Origin: an uncultured Alphaproteobacteria bacterium
Lineage (GTDB): Bacteria; Pseudomonadota; Alphaproteobacteria; Rhizobiales; Xanthobacteraceae
Reading direction: 5' to 3'
DNA length: 64,000 nucleotides
Assembly: GCA_963800155.1 (NCBI GenBank)
Contig: CAWDAB010000004.1
Span: 26,755 to 90,754, forward strand
Position numbers and translations under genes: made by a program. This document shows positions 51,380-62,159 of the stretch, piece after piece (within the stretch, counting starts at the first letter, position 1; the number at the start of each line of letters is the position of its first letter). A model generated the notes under the pieces. The model did no database searches. It had not been told where the DNA came from and worked only from the letters and a program-made list of their open reading frames with translations.

Positions 51380-52780
51380 CTAACGTGAAACGGGGGGAAA
51401 CTGGAGCTGTATCTCCAACCCGGGTCGAGCGTCGCTTAGAGTGATCGCGGCGTTGTGAAGCCGGGCAATAGCCGCGACGAGGCTCAGTCCCAATCCATTG
51501 CCCGGGGTGGATCGACTTTGCTCCAATCTGTAGAAGCGGCAGAACACATTCTGATGTTCATCTACTGGAATGCCAGGCCCGTCGTCGCGAACTGAAAGCA
51601 TTATGCGGCCGCCGCTCTTGGTCACCGTAATCATCACGTGTCCAGCGTCTCGCCCGTGCTTGAGTGCGTTATCGACCAAGTTAGCCAATGCATCGAACAG
51701 AAGGTCTCGATCCGCGGTGACCGGTGCCGGCCCCACGGCCGCGCACTCCAGACGCTGGCCATTGTCTTCCGCCGCGGCGTCGTAGAGTTCGGCGACGGAC
51801 CTGGCAATCTCGCCAAGGTCAACCGTCTCGAACGCCGCCGTTCGTTTGCTAGTCTCGATTTGGGATATCCGTGTCAGAGCCGTGAACATGCGCAGCAGAT
51901 CGTCGAGGTCGGCGAGCGTGTCGGCGATCAATCGCTGATCCCGATCGGGATTCCTCGCCTGCCCGGCCGCCGTCTCCAACCGTCCCCTGATCCGGGTGAG
52001 CGGTGTTCGCAGGTCGTGCGCGACATTATCGCTGACCTGCTTTACCTCGTCCATCAGCACTTCGATGCGATCGAGCATCGCGTTGAGGTTACCGGCGAGC
52101 TGATCCCATTCATCCTTGGTCCCGCGCATGGGTACGCGCTCGCTCAATCCGCTTTCCATGATGGCCCGGCTGGTCGCGTTGATGGATTCGATTCGTCCCA
52201 CCGTGCGCTTTGTTGCCAGCACGCTCGCAACCGCGGCTAGCGCGAAGACGAGCAACAGCACCAAACCGAGGGCGAGATGTATCGTCGTCATGAACTCGTT
52301 AAGGTCGCCGATGTCGCGGCCGACCAGCAGATGATATCCGTTGGGCAACGTCTCGAAGCGCAGGCGCTTCTCCGGACGGTCCAGTACGCCCGAATGTTCG
52401 CGTGACGAAGGGAGACTGACCCGGCCGGCTGCTCCTTCTATCTGGGCGGGCCATGCGGAGAGATTGCCCCGCACCGGCCGAAAGGAGGAGTCCGCCAGCA
52501 GATAGATGGCATCCGCCCGTGCTGCTTCCGACCGCAGCCGGTCAATCGCACCGACCAGGCCTGACTCTCCGCCTTTTTGATAAGACGCCATCAGGTCGGC
52601 GCGGTCCGCGTCGATTGCCCTGTCCGTTCGGGTGAGAACGTAAGCGTCCGTCGCCACATAGACATAGCTGAATAGCGCCAGCACCAACGCGCCAAAGACG
52701 GCGATGCAGAGCAGCGCCACCTTGAAGGTGGACGAGCGTAAGCTCTTAGCCAGGAGCGCGGACACAGAAGCCAACCCCAC
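51380..52780 (-). CDS. Membrane sensor histidine kinase (TM-HAMP-HisKA-HATPase)
   Basis: NVAHDLRTPL, NLVDNALKH, DDGPGI and GNGLGL motifs. Confidence 0.92.
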   Translation of the reverse strand: MGLASVSALLAKSLRSSTFKVALLCIAVFGALVLALFSYVYVATDAYVLTRTDRAIDADRADLMASYQKGGESGLVGAIDRLRSEAARADAIYLLADSSFRPVRGNLSAWPAQIEGAAGRVSLPSSREHSGVLDRPEKRLRFETLPNGYHLLVGRDIGDLNEFMTTIHLALGLVLLLVFALAAVASVLATKRTVGRIESINATSRAIMESGLSERVPMRGTKDEWDQLAGNLNAMLDRIEVLMDEVKQVSDNVAHDLRTPLTRIRGRLETAAGQARNPDRDQRLIADTLADLDDLLRMFTALTRISQIETSKRTAAFETVDLGEIARSVAELYDAAAEDNGQRLECAAVGPAPVTADRDLLFDALANLVDNALKHGRDAGHVMITVTKSGGRIMLSVRDDGPGIPVDEHQNVFCRFYRLEQSRSTPGNGLGLSLVAAIARLHNAAITLSDARPGLEIQLQFPPVSR

Positions 52781-53450
52781 GTACGGTATGAATCAGAGGG
52801 TAGTCATGCTGCCCGTCGACCTTGCGGCGGACACGGCCAACATAAACATCGATGATGTTGGTCGTCGTTGTCGCGACATGAAGCTTCCAGACATGCTGCA
52901 TGAGCATGGCTCGCGAGACGACCTGGCCCTCGTTGCGCACGAGAAATTCGAGGAGCTGAAATTCGCGCGGCAAAAGCTCAATCGGCCGTCCGGCTCGATT
53001 CGCGGTTCGCGAAACGATATCCAATTCAAGGTCGCCGACGTAAAGCATTGTGTCCCTTGCCGCCACGGCGCTCCGCCGCACCAGCGCCTCAACGCGCGCA
53101 AGCATCTCCGTGAACGCGAAGGGCTTTACGAGATAGTCGTCGCCGCCGGCGCGCAGGCCCCGCACGCGCTCGTCAATCTCCCCCAGCGCGCTGATAATAA
53201 GGGCCGGTGTCGTAATGTCGGTCTCCCGCAACTGGCGAATAACGTCGATTCCGTCGATGCCGGGAAGCATACGATCGATTGTCATCACGCTGTATTCGTT
53301 CGTGCACGCCTGCCGCAGGCCGTCAACGCCGTTGATCGCCAGATCGACCTGGTAGTCGCGCGCCGATAGGAAATCGACGATCTGGCGCGCGGTCTCAGCG
53401 TCATCTTCGATGACAAGGATGTGCCGGAGTGCTCTCATTCCATCATCCAT
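52746..53450 (-). CDS. OmpR-family response regulator
   Basis: IEDD, DRMLPG, DYLVKPF and IHTVRGVG motifs. Confidence 0.92.
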   Translation of the reverse strand: MDDGMRALRHILVIEDDAETARQIVDFLSARDYQVDLAINGVDGLRQACTNEYSVMTIDRMLPGIDGIDVIRQLRETDITTPALIISALGEIDERVRGLRAGGDDYLVKPFAFTEMLARVEALVRRSAVAARDTMLYVGDLELDIVSRTANRAGRPIELLPREFQLLEFLVRNEGQVVSRAMLMQHVWKLHVATTTTNIIDVYVGRVRRKVDGQHDYPLIHTVRGVGFCVRAPG

Positions 53451-53691
53451 TCTCGCCCGCGCCGGTCATGCGCGACACTAGCACAAGACGAGCACGCGAA
53501 AACTGACATGGATGACAGAAACTGACCGATTCGTAATTTGAGGATTGCAAGTCCCCCCCTTAGGTTGATTAGTAGATCGTCCCTGTCGACTTCATTTTGC
53601 ACTGGCTTTATGTGCCGCTCGTATGTGCCCCCGGTGCGCGAAGATGACGGAGTGAATCATGGCGTACCCGGATTGTTATCGGAGCTGAACT

Positions 53692-54765
53692 GTGACCCAC
53701 GTCTATCTGAACCGCTTGGCTGTCGCGGTCCCCGAATATGAAGTGCACGGGACGTTTGTACAATTCGCCGAGCGCGCTCTGCGCGACCGGCAGGCGAGGT
53801 TGCTTTTTCAGCGCATGGTGTCGCGCTCCCAGATATCCCGGCGATGGTCCTGTCTTTCCCCCGCCGCGCCGGGTGCCAACGCGTACCTCGACGGCGACGG
53901 CTTCTACGCCACCGGCCGGTTTCCTTCGACCGACGCGCGAATGCGGCGCTACGAGAAAGATGCGCCGACGCTGGCGGCGAACACCGTCGCGCGTCTCGAT
54001 CTCGGCGAGAAAGCCCGGCATGTTACGCACCTTATCATCACATCGTGCACGGGATTGTCGGCGCCCGGTGTCGATTTTGAGTTGGTGCGACGCTGCAATC
54101 TAACGCCCAGCATTGAACGGAATGTCCTCGGCTTCATGGGTTGTAACGCCGCCATCAATGCCCTCAAGCTCGCCCGCCACATTGTTCGCTCTGCGCCGGA
54201 CGCCACGGTCCTGGTGGTGTCCGTCGAGCTCTGTACCCTTCATTTGCAGGAAGCGGACGACGTTGAGAGACTCCTTACCTACCTGTTGTTCGCCGACGGA
54301 TGCGCCGCGGCGCTGATCAGCGCCGAGCCGATCGGCTTTGCGCTCGAAGAATTCCACGCCGAGATCGCGCCTGACACCGCCGAACATATTACCTGGAACG
54401 TCGGCAATAACGGCTTCGACATGATGCTCTCGGGTGAGGTTCCCGCAACGATCGGGGCGGTGTTGCGCTCCAGATCCGAGGAAGTCCTGTCAGGCGCCTC
54501 CGCGAGTGAGGTCGATCTTTGGGCCGTTCATCCGGGCGGCCGCACTGTGCTCGATGCCGTCGAGGGCGCTTTCGAACTCGGATCATCGGCGCTGAAGTGC
54601 TCGCGAGCGGTCCTGCGCGATTACGGAAACATGTCATCGCCGACAGTGCTGTTTGTGCTTGAAGCTCTGATGCGAAACCACCCGGCGCCGGGTGCTCGCG
54701 GCTGCGCCATCGCCTTTGGACCCGGGCTTACGGCCGAGACCATGCTCTTCAGCGCGGCGGGTTAG
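53692..54765 (+). CDS. Type III polyketide synthase
   Basis: Catalytic triad MGC(Cys), VHPGG(His) and GNMSS(Asn); C-terminal AFGPGLT. Confidence 0.93.
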   Translation: MTHVYLNRLAVAVPEYEVHGTFVQFAERALRDRQARLLFQRMVSRSQISRRWSCLSPAAPGANAYLDGDGFYATGRFPSTDARMRRYEKDAPTLAANTVARLDLGEKARHVTHLIITSCTGLSAPGVDFELVRRCNLTPSIERNVLGFMGCNAAINALKLARHIVRSAPDATVLVVSVELCTLHLQEADDVERLLTYLLFADGCAAALISAEPIGFALEEFHAEIAPDTAEHITWNVGNNGFDMMLSGEVPATIGAVLRSRSEEVLSGASASEVDLWAVHPGGRTVLDAVEGAFELGSSALKCSRAVLRDYGNMSSPTVLFVLEALMRNHPAPGARGCAIAFGPGLTAETMLFSAAG

Positions 54766-54766
54766 C

Positions 54767-55978
54767 ATGGCGAAGCGACGGGGAGGTCAAAGCCCGGTCT
54801 CGCCGACTTGCCCCCACCAAACGCGGCGCCGCTCAGGTCAAGTTGTCGACGTGCTCATTGTCGGCGGCGGGGTCGCGGGAGGCGCGCTTGCGGCGCACCT
54901 GGCGCGCGCTGGCCGTGAAGTCATCGTGATCGAGCGCGAGCGCGGTCCGCATGACAAAGTCTGCGGCGAGTTCATCAGCGACGAAGCCGTGCGCTATCTT
55001 CAGCATCTTGATGTCGACCTCGCCGCGCTGGGCGCTGTTCCTATCGCGGATGTGAACGTCTATTCTTCCGGTTGCGCCATTCGCTGTCCTCTTCCGTTTC
55101 CGGCGGTAAGTTTGTCGCGCCGCACGCTCGACCAAGCCATTCTCGATCGGGCGCTGGCGAATGGCGCGGCCGTGCGGCGCGGTTTTACAGTCCAGGCTTT
55201 AAACCATCGTGGTGACCGTTGGATTGCGGCACTCGGTGGCGGCGGGATTATCGAGGCAAAGAACGCCTTTCTCGCGACTGGAAAGCACAATCTGCGTGGA
55301 TGGAGGCGGCCAGCTGGACGACAAAATGACTTTATCGCCTTCAAATTGCACTGGCGCATCGCCCACGAACGCATTATCGCGCTTGGTCGCACGGTTGAAT
55401 TATATCTCTTCGACGGCGGTTACGCGGGAGTCGAGCTTGTAGAGGACGGTATCCTCAATCTCTGCCTTGTCATCCGAGATCGGCAATTTTCCCAGCTCGG
55501 CAGGACCTGGGACGCGCTTCTCTTGAGCTTGCGCGAAGAATTCCCTTCGCTTGATCGGCTCCTAGCCGACGCCGAGGCGTGCGGCGACCGTCCTCTTGCG
55601 GTCGCCGGGATTCCATACGGATTTGTACAAACCCACGCCGACGGCCCATCCCGGCTTGGCGATCAAGCCGCCGTCATCCCATCGTTTTGCGGGGATGGAA
55701 TTGCGATTGCGCTACATTCCGCGCGCATGGCGGCCGGATATCTTCTGTCCGGAAAATCCCCTCACGAATTCCAGGTCGATCTGAGCCGCGATGTGGCGGC
55801 CCAGATAAAATGGGCGACGCTGCTTTCCCGGCTGCTGGTCTGGCCAAGGAGCCAAGCCGTCATCACGGGATTGGCCAGAATATCGCCAGGCCTGATCGGG
55901 TTTATCGGGCGTCGCAGCCGTATTCCGAACCGTCACCTGCTGAACCGGCATCCTGACCTGGAGAGTGATCATCGGTGA
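54767..55978 (+). CDS. FAD-dependent oxidoreductase/monooxygenase
   Basis: GGGVAG Rossmann motif, KVCGEF and GDQAAVIPSFCGDG. Confidence 0.88.
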   Translation: MAKRRGGQSPVSPTCPHQTRRRSGQVVDVLIVGGGVAGGALAAHLARAGREVIVIERERGPHDKVCGEFISDEAVRYLQHLDVDLAALGAVPIADVNVYSSGCAIRCPLPFPAVSLSRRTLDQAILDRALANGAAVRRGFTVQALNHRGDRWIAALGGGGIIEAKNAFLATGKHNLRGWRRPAGRQNDFIAFKLHWRIAHERIIALGRTVELYLFDGGYAGVELVEDGILNLCLVIRDRQFSQLGRTWDALLLSLREEFPSLDRLLADAEACGDRPLAVAGIPYGFVQTHADGPSRLGDQAAVIPSFCGDGIAIALHSARMAAGYLLSGKSPHEFQVDLSRDVAAQIKWATLLSRLLVWPRSQAVITGLARISPGLIGFIGRRSRIPNRHLLNRHPDLESDHR

Positions 55979-56067
55979 CGGTTCTCGTGCCCCCTCGGTT
56001 TCAGTTGCCTGAGCGGTGCCTGTGGCGGCCGGTTGCAGAATGGCTCCGGGAAGCAACATTCCGCACT

Positions 56068-57624
56068 TCACCCGAGGAAGGTCTCGTGCCCGGGACCCGG
56101 CGTCCTTTTTGCCCAGGGAAGAGCAAATAACCCGGCAACGGCGATCACACCGAGACACCACCAGCCATCATTTACCGCCTGCACAAACGCCGCCTTGTGC
56201 ACCAGTGGCGCCAAGGTCGCCTGCGCGGATGGATCGAGCAGCGCCGCTCTCAACGTTTCGCGCGTCATGCCAAGCACGCGTGCTACGCTTAAATCGCTCC
56301 CGCTCAGCCGATCGATCAGGTGCTGGGCGTGTTCAGGGGCGCGACTGTAAATAATGGTGTCCATGACGGCGATGCCGATGGCGCCTCCGAGGTTGCGCAT
56401 CATATTGAAGAGCCCGCTCCCATCGGCAACCGCATCGGCCGCCAGGCTGCCAAGGGCGAGCTGCGTCGGCGGCAAAATGCAGAACATGATCGCGGCACCG
56501 CGCATGACCTGCGGCCAAAACATCCCATTGAAATCTGTCGTATTCGTTTCACCGGCGCTTAACGCAAGGCCGCCAGCGAAAAGCACGAAGCCAAAGGCGG
56601 ACAATATGCGATCGTCGCAGCGCCGGACGAGAATCGTTGCGATCGGAGCGGCGATAAGTTGCGCCACGCCCGTCACCAGCATGATCTCGCCGATTTCGAG
56701 CGCATCGTGCCCCCGTACATAGGCGAGAAACACCGGCATGAGATAAACAGAGCCAAAAAGCCCCATCCCCAGCACGAAGCTGAGCCAACACCCGATCGAA
56801 AAGTTGCGGTTCCCAAATGTCTGCAGATTGACAATCGGCGTCGGCGACCGGACCGTGCGCCAGACGAAGACCGCGGCGGTAATGACGCTCAAGGCAAGAA
56901 GTCCTGCGACCAGCGCGGAGCCCCATCCGCGATCGGGCGCTTCCTTGACGCCGATTTCCACCGCCGCAAGCGCAATCGCGCCGATCCCCAACGCCGGCCA
57001 ATCCATATCGCCAAGCTCACCAAGCAACATGCCCTCATTCGGCAAGGCAAACCAGGCGATCCACGCAGCGACACATCCGGGAGCGACATTAATCAAGAAC
57101 AGCCATGGCCATGAATAGGTGGATGTGATCCATCCACCGACGACCGGGCCCAGAGTCGGCGCAAGAACGGCCAATACCCCGGCCATGACCGTCGCAACGC
57201 TCTGCAGCCGGGACGGAAAAAGCAGGAATACCGCGGCGAACACCGTGGGAATGAGCGTACCGCCAAAAAAACCCTGCACGACACGAGCGACAATCAATGC
57301 CGAAAAGGTATCGCTTGCAGCACATGCAATCGACGCGATGGTAAATAACGGGACGGCGATCACGAACAGCCGGCGCATCGTCAAGGTGCGCATCAACAGA
57401 CCGGTCAGCGGAATAGCGATGATCTCCGCGATCAAATAGGCCGTTTGCACCCAACTCATTTGGTCCTGGGCTATACCTAATGCCTGTTGAATGGTCGGCA
57501 GGGATGTCGCGACAACCTGCACATCGAGGACTGCCATGAACATGCCGATGCACATCGCCGCGAAGCCAATCCAGATTCGTGCACCGATACGGCCAGACAT
57601 TATGGATTCGGTCTGAGGCGTCAT
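56068..57624 (-). CDS. DHA2 (EmrB/QacA) MFS efflux transporter
   Basis: 14-TM pattern; LDVQVV..SLP, WVQTAYL and FNMMRNLGG motifs. Confidence 0.92.
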   Translation of the reverse strand: MTPQTESIMSGRIGARIWIGFAAMCIGMFMAVLDVQVVATSLPTIQQALGIAQDQMSWVQTAYLIAEIIAIPLTGLLMRTLTMRRLFVIAVPLFTIASIACAASDTFSALIVARVVQGFFGGTLIPTVFAAVFLLFPSRLQSVATVMAGVLAVLAPTLGPVVGGWITSTYSWPWLFLINVAPGCVAAWIAWFALPNEGMLLGELGDMDWPALGIGAIALAAVEIGVKEAPDRGWGSALVAGLLALSVITAAVFVWRTVRSPTPIVNLQTFGNRNFSIGCWLSFVLGMGLFGSVYLMPVFLAYVRGHDALEIGEIMLVTGVAQLIAAPIATILVRRCDDRILSAFGFVLFAGGLALSAGETNTTDFNGMFWPQVMRGAAIMFCILPPTQLALGSLAADAVADGSGLFNMMRNLGGAIGIAVMDTIIYSRAPEHAQHLIDRLSGSDLSVARVLGMTRETLRAALLDPSAQATLAPLVHKAAFVQAVNDGWWCLGVIAVAGLFALPWAKRTPGPGHETFLG

Positions 57625-57738
57625 GTTCTGCGGCTGCCGGCGGATATCACGGTCAGCTGAAGCCGCGTTTGCGCGGAAGGCGCGAACAGGGACGCGCGGC
57701 CGTGGCGAGCGGGAAGGGCACGCGTGACCGGGCGCGGG

Positions 57739-58476
57739 TCATCGCAACCGTCCGATCAGGAATCGAAAGAAGAACCAACCGATGGATACCTCGGTTTGCG
57801 GTATTCCCGCTTCGGCAATGCGTTGCGTCCAGTCGGCGCGTGTGAGCGAGCGCGCGACGGAAATCTGGCCGTCCTGAACCACCATCGGATGAAGCCGGCC
57901 AAGTCGGCCGCTGAGGCCGATGAAATGATAGAGAAAGCGGCTCCTTTGGAGATCGCATATCGCCCAGCCGCGCCGCGCCGCGCGCTCGATCAATCGAAGA
58001 AATTCGGTAATTTCTCGATCCGAGAGGTGATGCGTCACGAGACTGCTGATCATGAAATCGACTGGAGCAGCGGAAGCCAGATCGAATGCATTGCCGACCT
58101 GAAAATCGATTTGATCGGCGGGATCGGTCGCGGACCGCGCGATGCGGATCGTTTCTCGATTCAGATCGACACCGAGCAGCGCAATATCCAGCCCGCGCCG
58201 GCGCGACCAGCGGCGGATCGCGCGTAAGAGGTCGCCGTATCCGCAACCGACGTCAACCAGTGTCGGCGCCGTGCCCGAGTGGCCGGAAACCGCCTTTTCG
58301 AGCCAACGGAGGAGCGGGTAATGACCAAGAAACGTCTGATTAAATCGCGCGAGATCGCTCAGCACATGCTCTAACTCGGCCGGGTCGAGATCCGCTCGTC
58401 CAGCCACTCGGATTCCTGGCTGCGCTGTTTGAGATCGATGGACATGGCCGATACAAGCTAGGTCGTCAGGGTGCAA
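57739..58476 (-). CDS. SAM-dependent methyltransferase (type III PKS-associated type)
   Basis: VDVGCGYGDL, SLVTHH and DG..SVARS motifs. Confidence 0.85.
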   Translation of the reverse strand: MHPDDLACIGHVHRSQTAQPGIRVAGRADLDPAELEHVLSDLARFNQTFLGHYPLLRWLEKAVSGHSGTAPTLVDVGCGYGDLLRAIRRWSRRRGLDIALLGVDLNRETIRIARSATDPADQIDFQVGNAFDLASAAPVDFMISSLVTHHLSDREITEFLRLIERAARRGWAICDLQRSRFLYHFIGLSGRLGRLHPMVVQDGQISVARSLTRADWTQRIAEAGIPQTEVSIGWFFFRFLIGRLR

Positions 58477-58477
58477 A

Positions 58478-59377
58478 TCACGGCTTTTGGGCGATCAACG
58501 CTCCATAGAGAAGCGCTTTCGATTTGTATCCTCGTCGCATCGCGGCGAAGCCTTCCAGGAACGCCACGAAGTCGCCTCCACGTGTGGTCGCAAATCGCCA
58601 CAGCGCCGGGTTTCGGATCAAATCGGTGGCCACATCCCAGGTTTTTGCCACCTGCCTGCTAAAATCTTCGAACGAAGTTACGGTCAGCCCGGCCTCCCTC
58701 ATGTAGGCGCAGTACGCCGCGGGCTCTTCGAGCTTTGGTACCAACATGGATTGCTCGATCGGCTCCAATACGTCGCGATTTTGCGCGGCGGTCGTCACGG
58801 GTGATTTGAGCCAGTCGGCAATTATCACCTTCCCGCCGCATTCAAGGAGCCGGGCGATCGACTGAAAACAGCGCCGTCTGTCGCTCAAATGCGAGATCGC
58901 TTCCACCGACCAAACCACGTCGAACGTTCCGTCGATCTCCAGGGTTTCGGCATCCATATGCACAAGCCGCACGTCAGCGCCGGTTCGTCGTGCCAGATCG
59001 GTTCCGATCGCAACCTGCTCCCGCGAAATCGTCACGCCCGTTACGTGAGCGCCGAAGGCCTTGCTAAGGTAGATCGCCGAACCGCCAACGCCGCAGCCAA
59101 TGTCAAGTACCCGGCGGCATCTCTCTATCCCAGAGCGCTCAATCAACTCGCGAATTAACTGCTCTTGAGCAGCCTCTTTTGTGACGACGCCCGATTTCCA
59201 ATAGCCATGGTGGAGGTGGATTCCCCAAATATCATTATACAAGGCAGTCAGCTCGTCATAATGCTGGGCAATCCGAGCTTTTAGCGGCATGTGCGTCCTA
59301 CTCACGACGAAGAGTAATTCTACGTTATAAGGCCTCTCCCAATGGGAATGAGTGATTGTCCGCCCTGGCACTCCCAT
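58478..59377 (-). CDS. SAM-dependent methyltransferase (tocopherol/sterol C-MT-like)
   Basis: HLHHGYW, VLDIGCGVGG and FDVVWSVE motifs. Confidence 0.85.
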   Translation of the reverse strand: MGVPGRTITHSHWERPYNVELLFVVSRTHMPLKARIAQHYDELTALYNDIWGIHLHHGYWKSGVVTKEAAQEQLIRELIERSGIERCRRVLDIGCGVGGSAIYLSKAFGAHVTGVTISREQVAIGTDLARRTGADVRLVHMDAETLEIDGTFDVVWSVEAISHLSDRRRCFQSIARLLECGGKVIIADWLKSPVTTAAQNRDVLEPIEQSMLVPKLEEPAAYCAYMREAGLTVTSFEDFSRQVAKTWDVATDLIRNPALWRFATTRGGDFVAFLEGFAAMRRGYKSKALLYGALIAQKP

Positions 59378-59636
59378 TGCAACTTACGAATTCGTCAGTC
59401 TCTGACATTATTGTCAGTATTCCGCCTTCACCCGCGACGCCGTTGGCGGGGCGCCATTGCTCAACATGGCTACGAGATGACGATTAGGATTTAACGGACG
59501 GTTTCCAATCGGCCACCCATCCGCGCGCGCCCCACCGCTTCAATGACATCGACATAATACTCTTTTCGGGAAGAGCCTCGCGGATACCTGCGCCGGGTTT
59601 GGGCAGAGGAGGGGCTGCGTTACAGTCGGAAAGTCT

Positions 59637-60497
59637 TCAACTTCCCGCGAGCGTTGCCAACGCGCCTAGCGCTAAAGCAAGACCGGTCGCCTTGCGGATC
59701 GTGAATTGCTCGCGAAGGACGAAAAATCCCAGCAAGGCGGCGACAATGAACCCCATCTGAGCGATCGGTACCAGCACACTCGCTTGGCCGGCTGCCACAG
59801 CACGCAGTAATAATATGGTGGCGCTGAGCAGCAGCAGCGCGGCGGCCGCGCCATACTTGAATGTGACTGGGCTCGGTCGCAAATTGCGGTCAGCGACGTA
59901 GACGACGGCAGTGGCGAGCGGCATGAACACGACCGCTTGCGCGACGACGAGCGTTTCCGGAATGGCGCCATGCCGCAGGCCGACGGTGTGGAAGAAATTC
60001 GACGAGCCGAAGGTGAGCGTCGCAACAGCAACTTGGATCAGCGAGCGGCGCTGTGCGGCATTGGGCGGACGGCCTGCCGCACTTCCGGCGCCTACCAGAA
60101 GCCAAGTCGCAAGCAGAGGCAAGCGTCAGCCCGGCAAGCTTCAAGGGCGTTAAAGGCTCTCCGAGAAAGATGATCACCAGGAAGACGGTGATGATAAAAT
60201 TCATCCGGAAGATCGAGGCGTTGATGCTTACCGCGCCTGCGGCTGAGGCTGCGGCTGAAATTGTAAAAGCCGATGAAACTAACGACGCCCGCGAGCAAAC
60301 CCCATAGCGCGGCTGGATCGAAAACCAGCCGCTGGGTCGCCAGCGCGTAGACGATGACGAGTGGGGCAAAACAGCCACGCCTGCGCCATGATGAAATGGT
60401 CGGAGCGGATGGCGGCGCCGGCGGCCCGCTTGTAGATGAAGTCGGAGATGCCGTAGCAGCCCATCGCTACAAGTGCAAAAACGATTGGCTGGTTCAT
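59637..60497 (-). CDS. EamA/DMT-family transporter; frameshifted
   Basis: Two EamA repeats across ORFs 60279, 60092 and 59637. Confidence 0.78.
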
Positions 60498-60575
60498 GCA
60501 GGCACTCATTGGCCGGAAGCAACGCGCTGTCCATATTAAAGCAGGGTCGAGCCGTGCCAGCGCGGTCGGGGTTGG

Positions 60576-61235
60576 CTAAACGACTTGCGTCGTGCTCGCT
60601 CCGATTTCTGATTTCGCCCAATATTCCGGCGACGATTTTGTTTCCTTAAGCTTCTGCAGGTCTTCGTAGCCCGGCGCCATGGAAGCCGAGGTTCCGGCCA
60701 GCACTTCGTGGTGTTCGATGTTGAGCAGTCGCAGCCAGCTCTGTTGGCCCAGTGTGAGGCCGATCATGCAGCCGAGCTCGACGAGTTCAGGCTCCGTGAA
60801 ATTGCGATGCATGCGTTCCCAGAACGCGTCGTCCGTGTTCAGATGCCAAGTGATCGCCTCGGCATAGGCTAGCGCCGCCTTTTGGCGCTCGTTGTATTTG
60901 GTCGATTTCTCGAAATTCAGCAGATCCATGACGTGATCTTCGATCAGCGCGCCGCTGGTGGTCGCTTTAACCGAGCGCTGATTGCCGCAGTACTCGCATT
61001 GGACTGAACGGGAAACATAGAGCCGGCAAAGCTCCTTGACAGAATGGTCGAGCACACCATTGCGGTAGATGTCGCGCCAGGAATTGGCGAAGAACCAGAA
61101 GCAGGCCGGCACGTGTGCCCGCACCGCGGAACTTTCCGGCCGCGGCGTGCCTTCGCGCTGGCAGCGCTCCATTTCGGCTCGCATCTCCGGCGTCATTTTG
61201 TCGAGGTTCACGTAGCTGATGCGTTGTTTCGCCAT
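60576..61235 (-). CDS. Carboxymuconolactone decarboxylase/AhpD-family protein
   Basis: KELCRL.VS...QCEYC..QRS and ERQKAALAYAE motifs. Confidence 0.8.
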   Translation of the reverse strand: MAKQRISYVNLDKMTPEMRAEMERCQREGTPRPESSAVRAHVPACFWFFANSWRDIYRNGVLDHSVKELCRLYVSRSVQCEYCGNQRSVKATTSGALIEDHVMDLLNFEKSTKYNERQKAALAYAEAITWHLNTDDAFWERMHRNFTEPELVELGCMIGLTLGQQSWLRLLNIEHHEVLAGTSASMAPGYEDLQKLKETKSSPEYWAKSEIGASTTQVV

Positions 61236-61349
61236 GTCGTTGTTCCTCATTCCTGGCGCTGTCCGGGTAGCGAGATCGGCCAAAAGATAGCATCTTTACT
61301 ATTTTATGACCAGCGGGCATATTTGAGCGCGATATTTAGGGGCTCAGAC

Positions 61350-62128
61350 ATGGCGCGGGCACTCAGGCAGCCGGTCCGCATCAGCGGGGACCTCACCGCC
61401 CGCATCATGTTCGGCGGCCGCTCATCGTCGCTGTCGGTCAACATCGTCGCCGACGTGCGTGATGCACTTTTTGGCAAACGGCTGAAGCCGGGCGATTTCC
61501 TCGGCACCGAGAAGGACCTCGCCTCCCAGTTCGGCGTCAGCCGTATCGTCGCGCGCGACGCGCTGCGCACGTTGGAAGCATTGGGAATCGTCGAAATCCG
61601 CATGGGCAAGGGCGGCGGGCGCGCATCGCGCAAGGCAACCCGCGTCTGTTCGCCGAAGCGCTCGCGGTACAGCTCGATCTCACCGGGGTCTCCGTGGCCG
61701 AGATCATGGACGCCCAGCGCGCGATCGAGACGCTCGGCGCCGAGCTCGCCGCCGAAAATGCGACGGCGGCGGACGTCGCCAACCTGCGCCGGCTGCTGCG
61801 AGAGGCGGAAGCGGCAATCGAGGACCTCGACCGCTTCACGCAGTTGTCGCGTGATTTCCATCTGGCCGTGGCGGAGGCCTCGCACAACCGTGTCCTGGTG
61901 GTGCAGCTCGTTTCGCTTGAACACGTGTCCTGGCCACGCCGCAACGTCACCGCCACAACAAAGCTCGCCCGTCACATCCTCGAAATCCATACGAGGCTTG
62001 CCGACCTGATCGAGCTGCGCGACGCAGCCGCGGCGCGCGCGCTGATGGACGACCACGTCAAGATGATCCGCGCCCGGCGCGTCGCCGAGCGCGGACAACC
62101 CCCCGAAGAGGGACAAGCGTGCTGCTGA
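61350..62128 (+). CDS. GntR/FadR-family regulator; frameshift near 61620
   Basis: wHTH VSR..ARDALR.LE..G, followed by FCD domain FH.AVA.ASHN. Confidence 0.85.
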
Positions 62129-62159
62129 TCCGCAGCTAACACCCAGGGAGAAGTAGACC

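Noticed and set aside
3530-62130. Programmed frameshifting as a general explanation for split genes
   Set aside because: Most breaks lack slippery heptamers and occur in ordinary host genes; sequencing error or decay is more likely.
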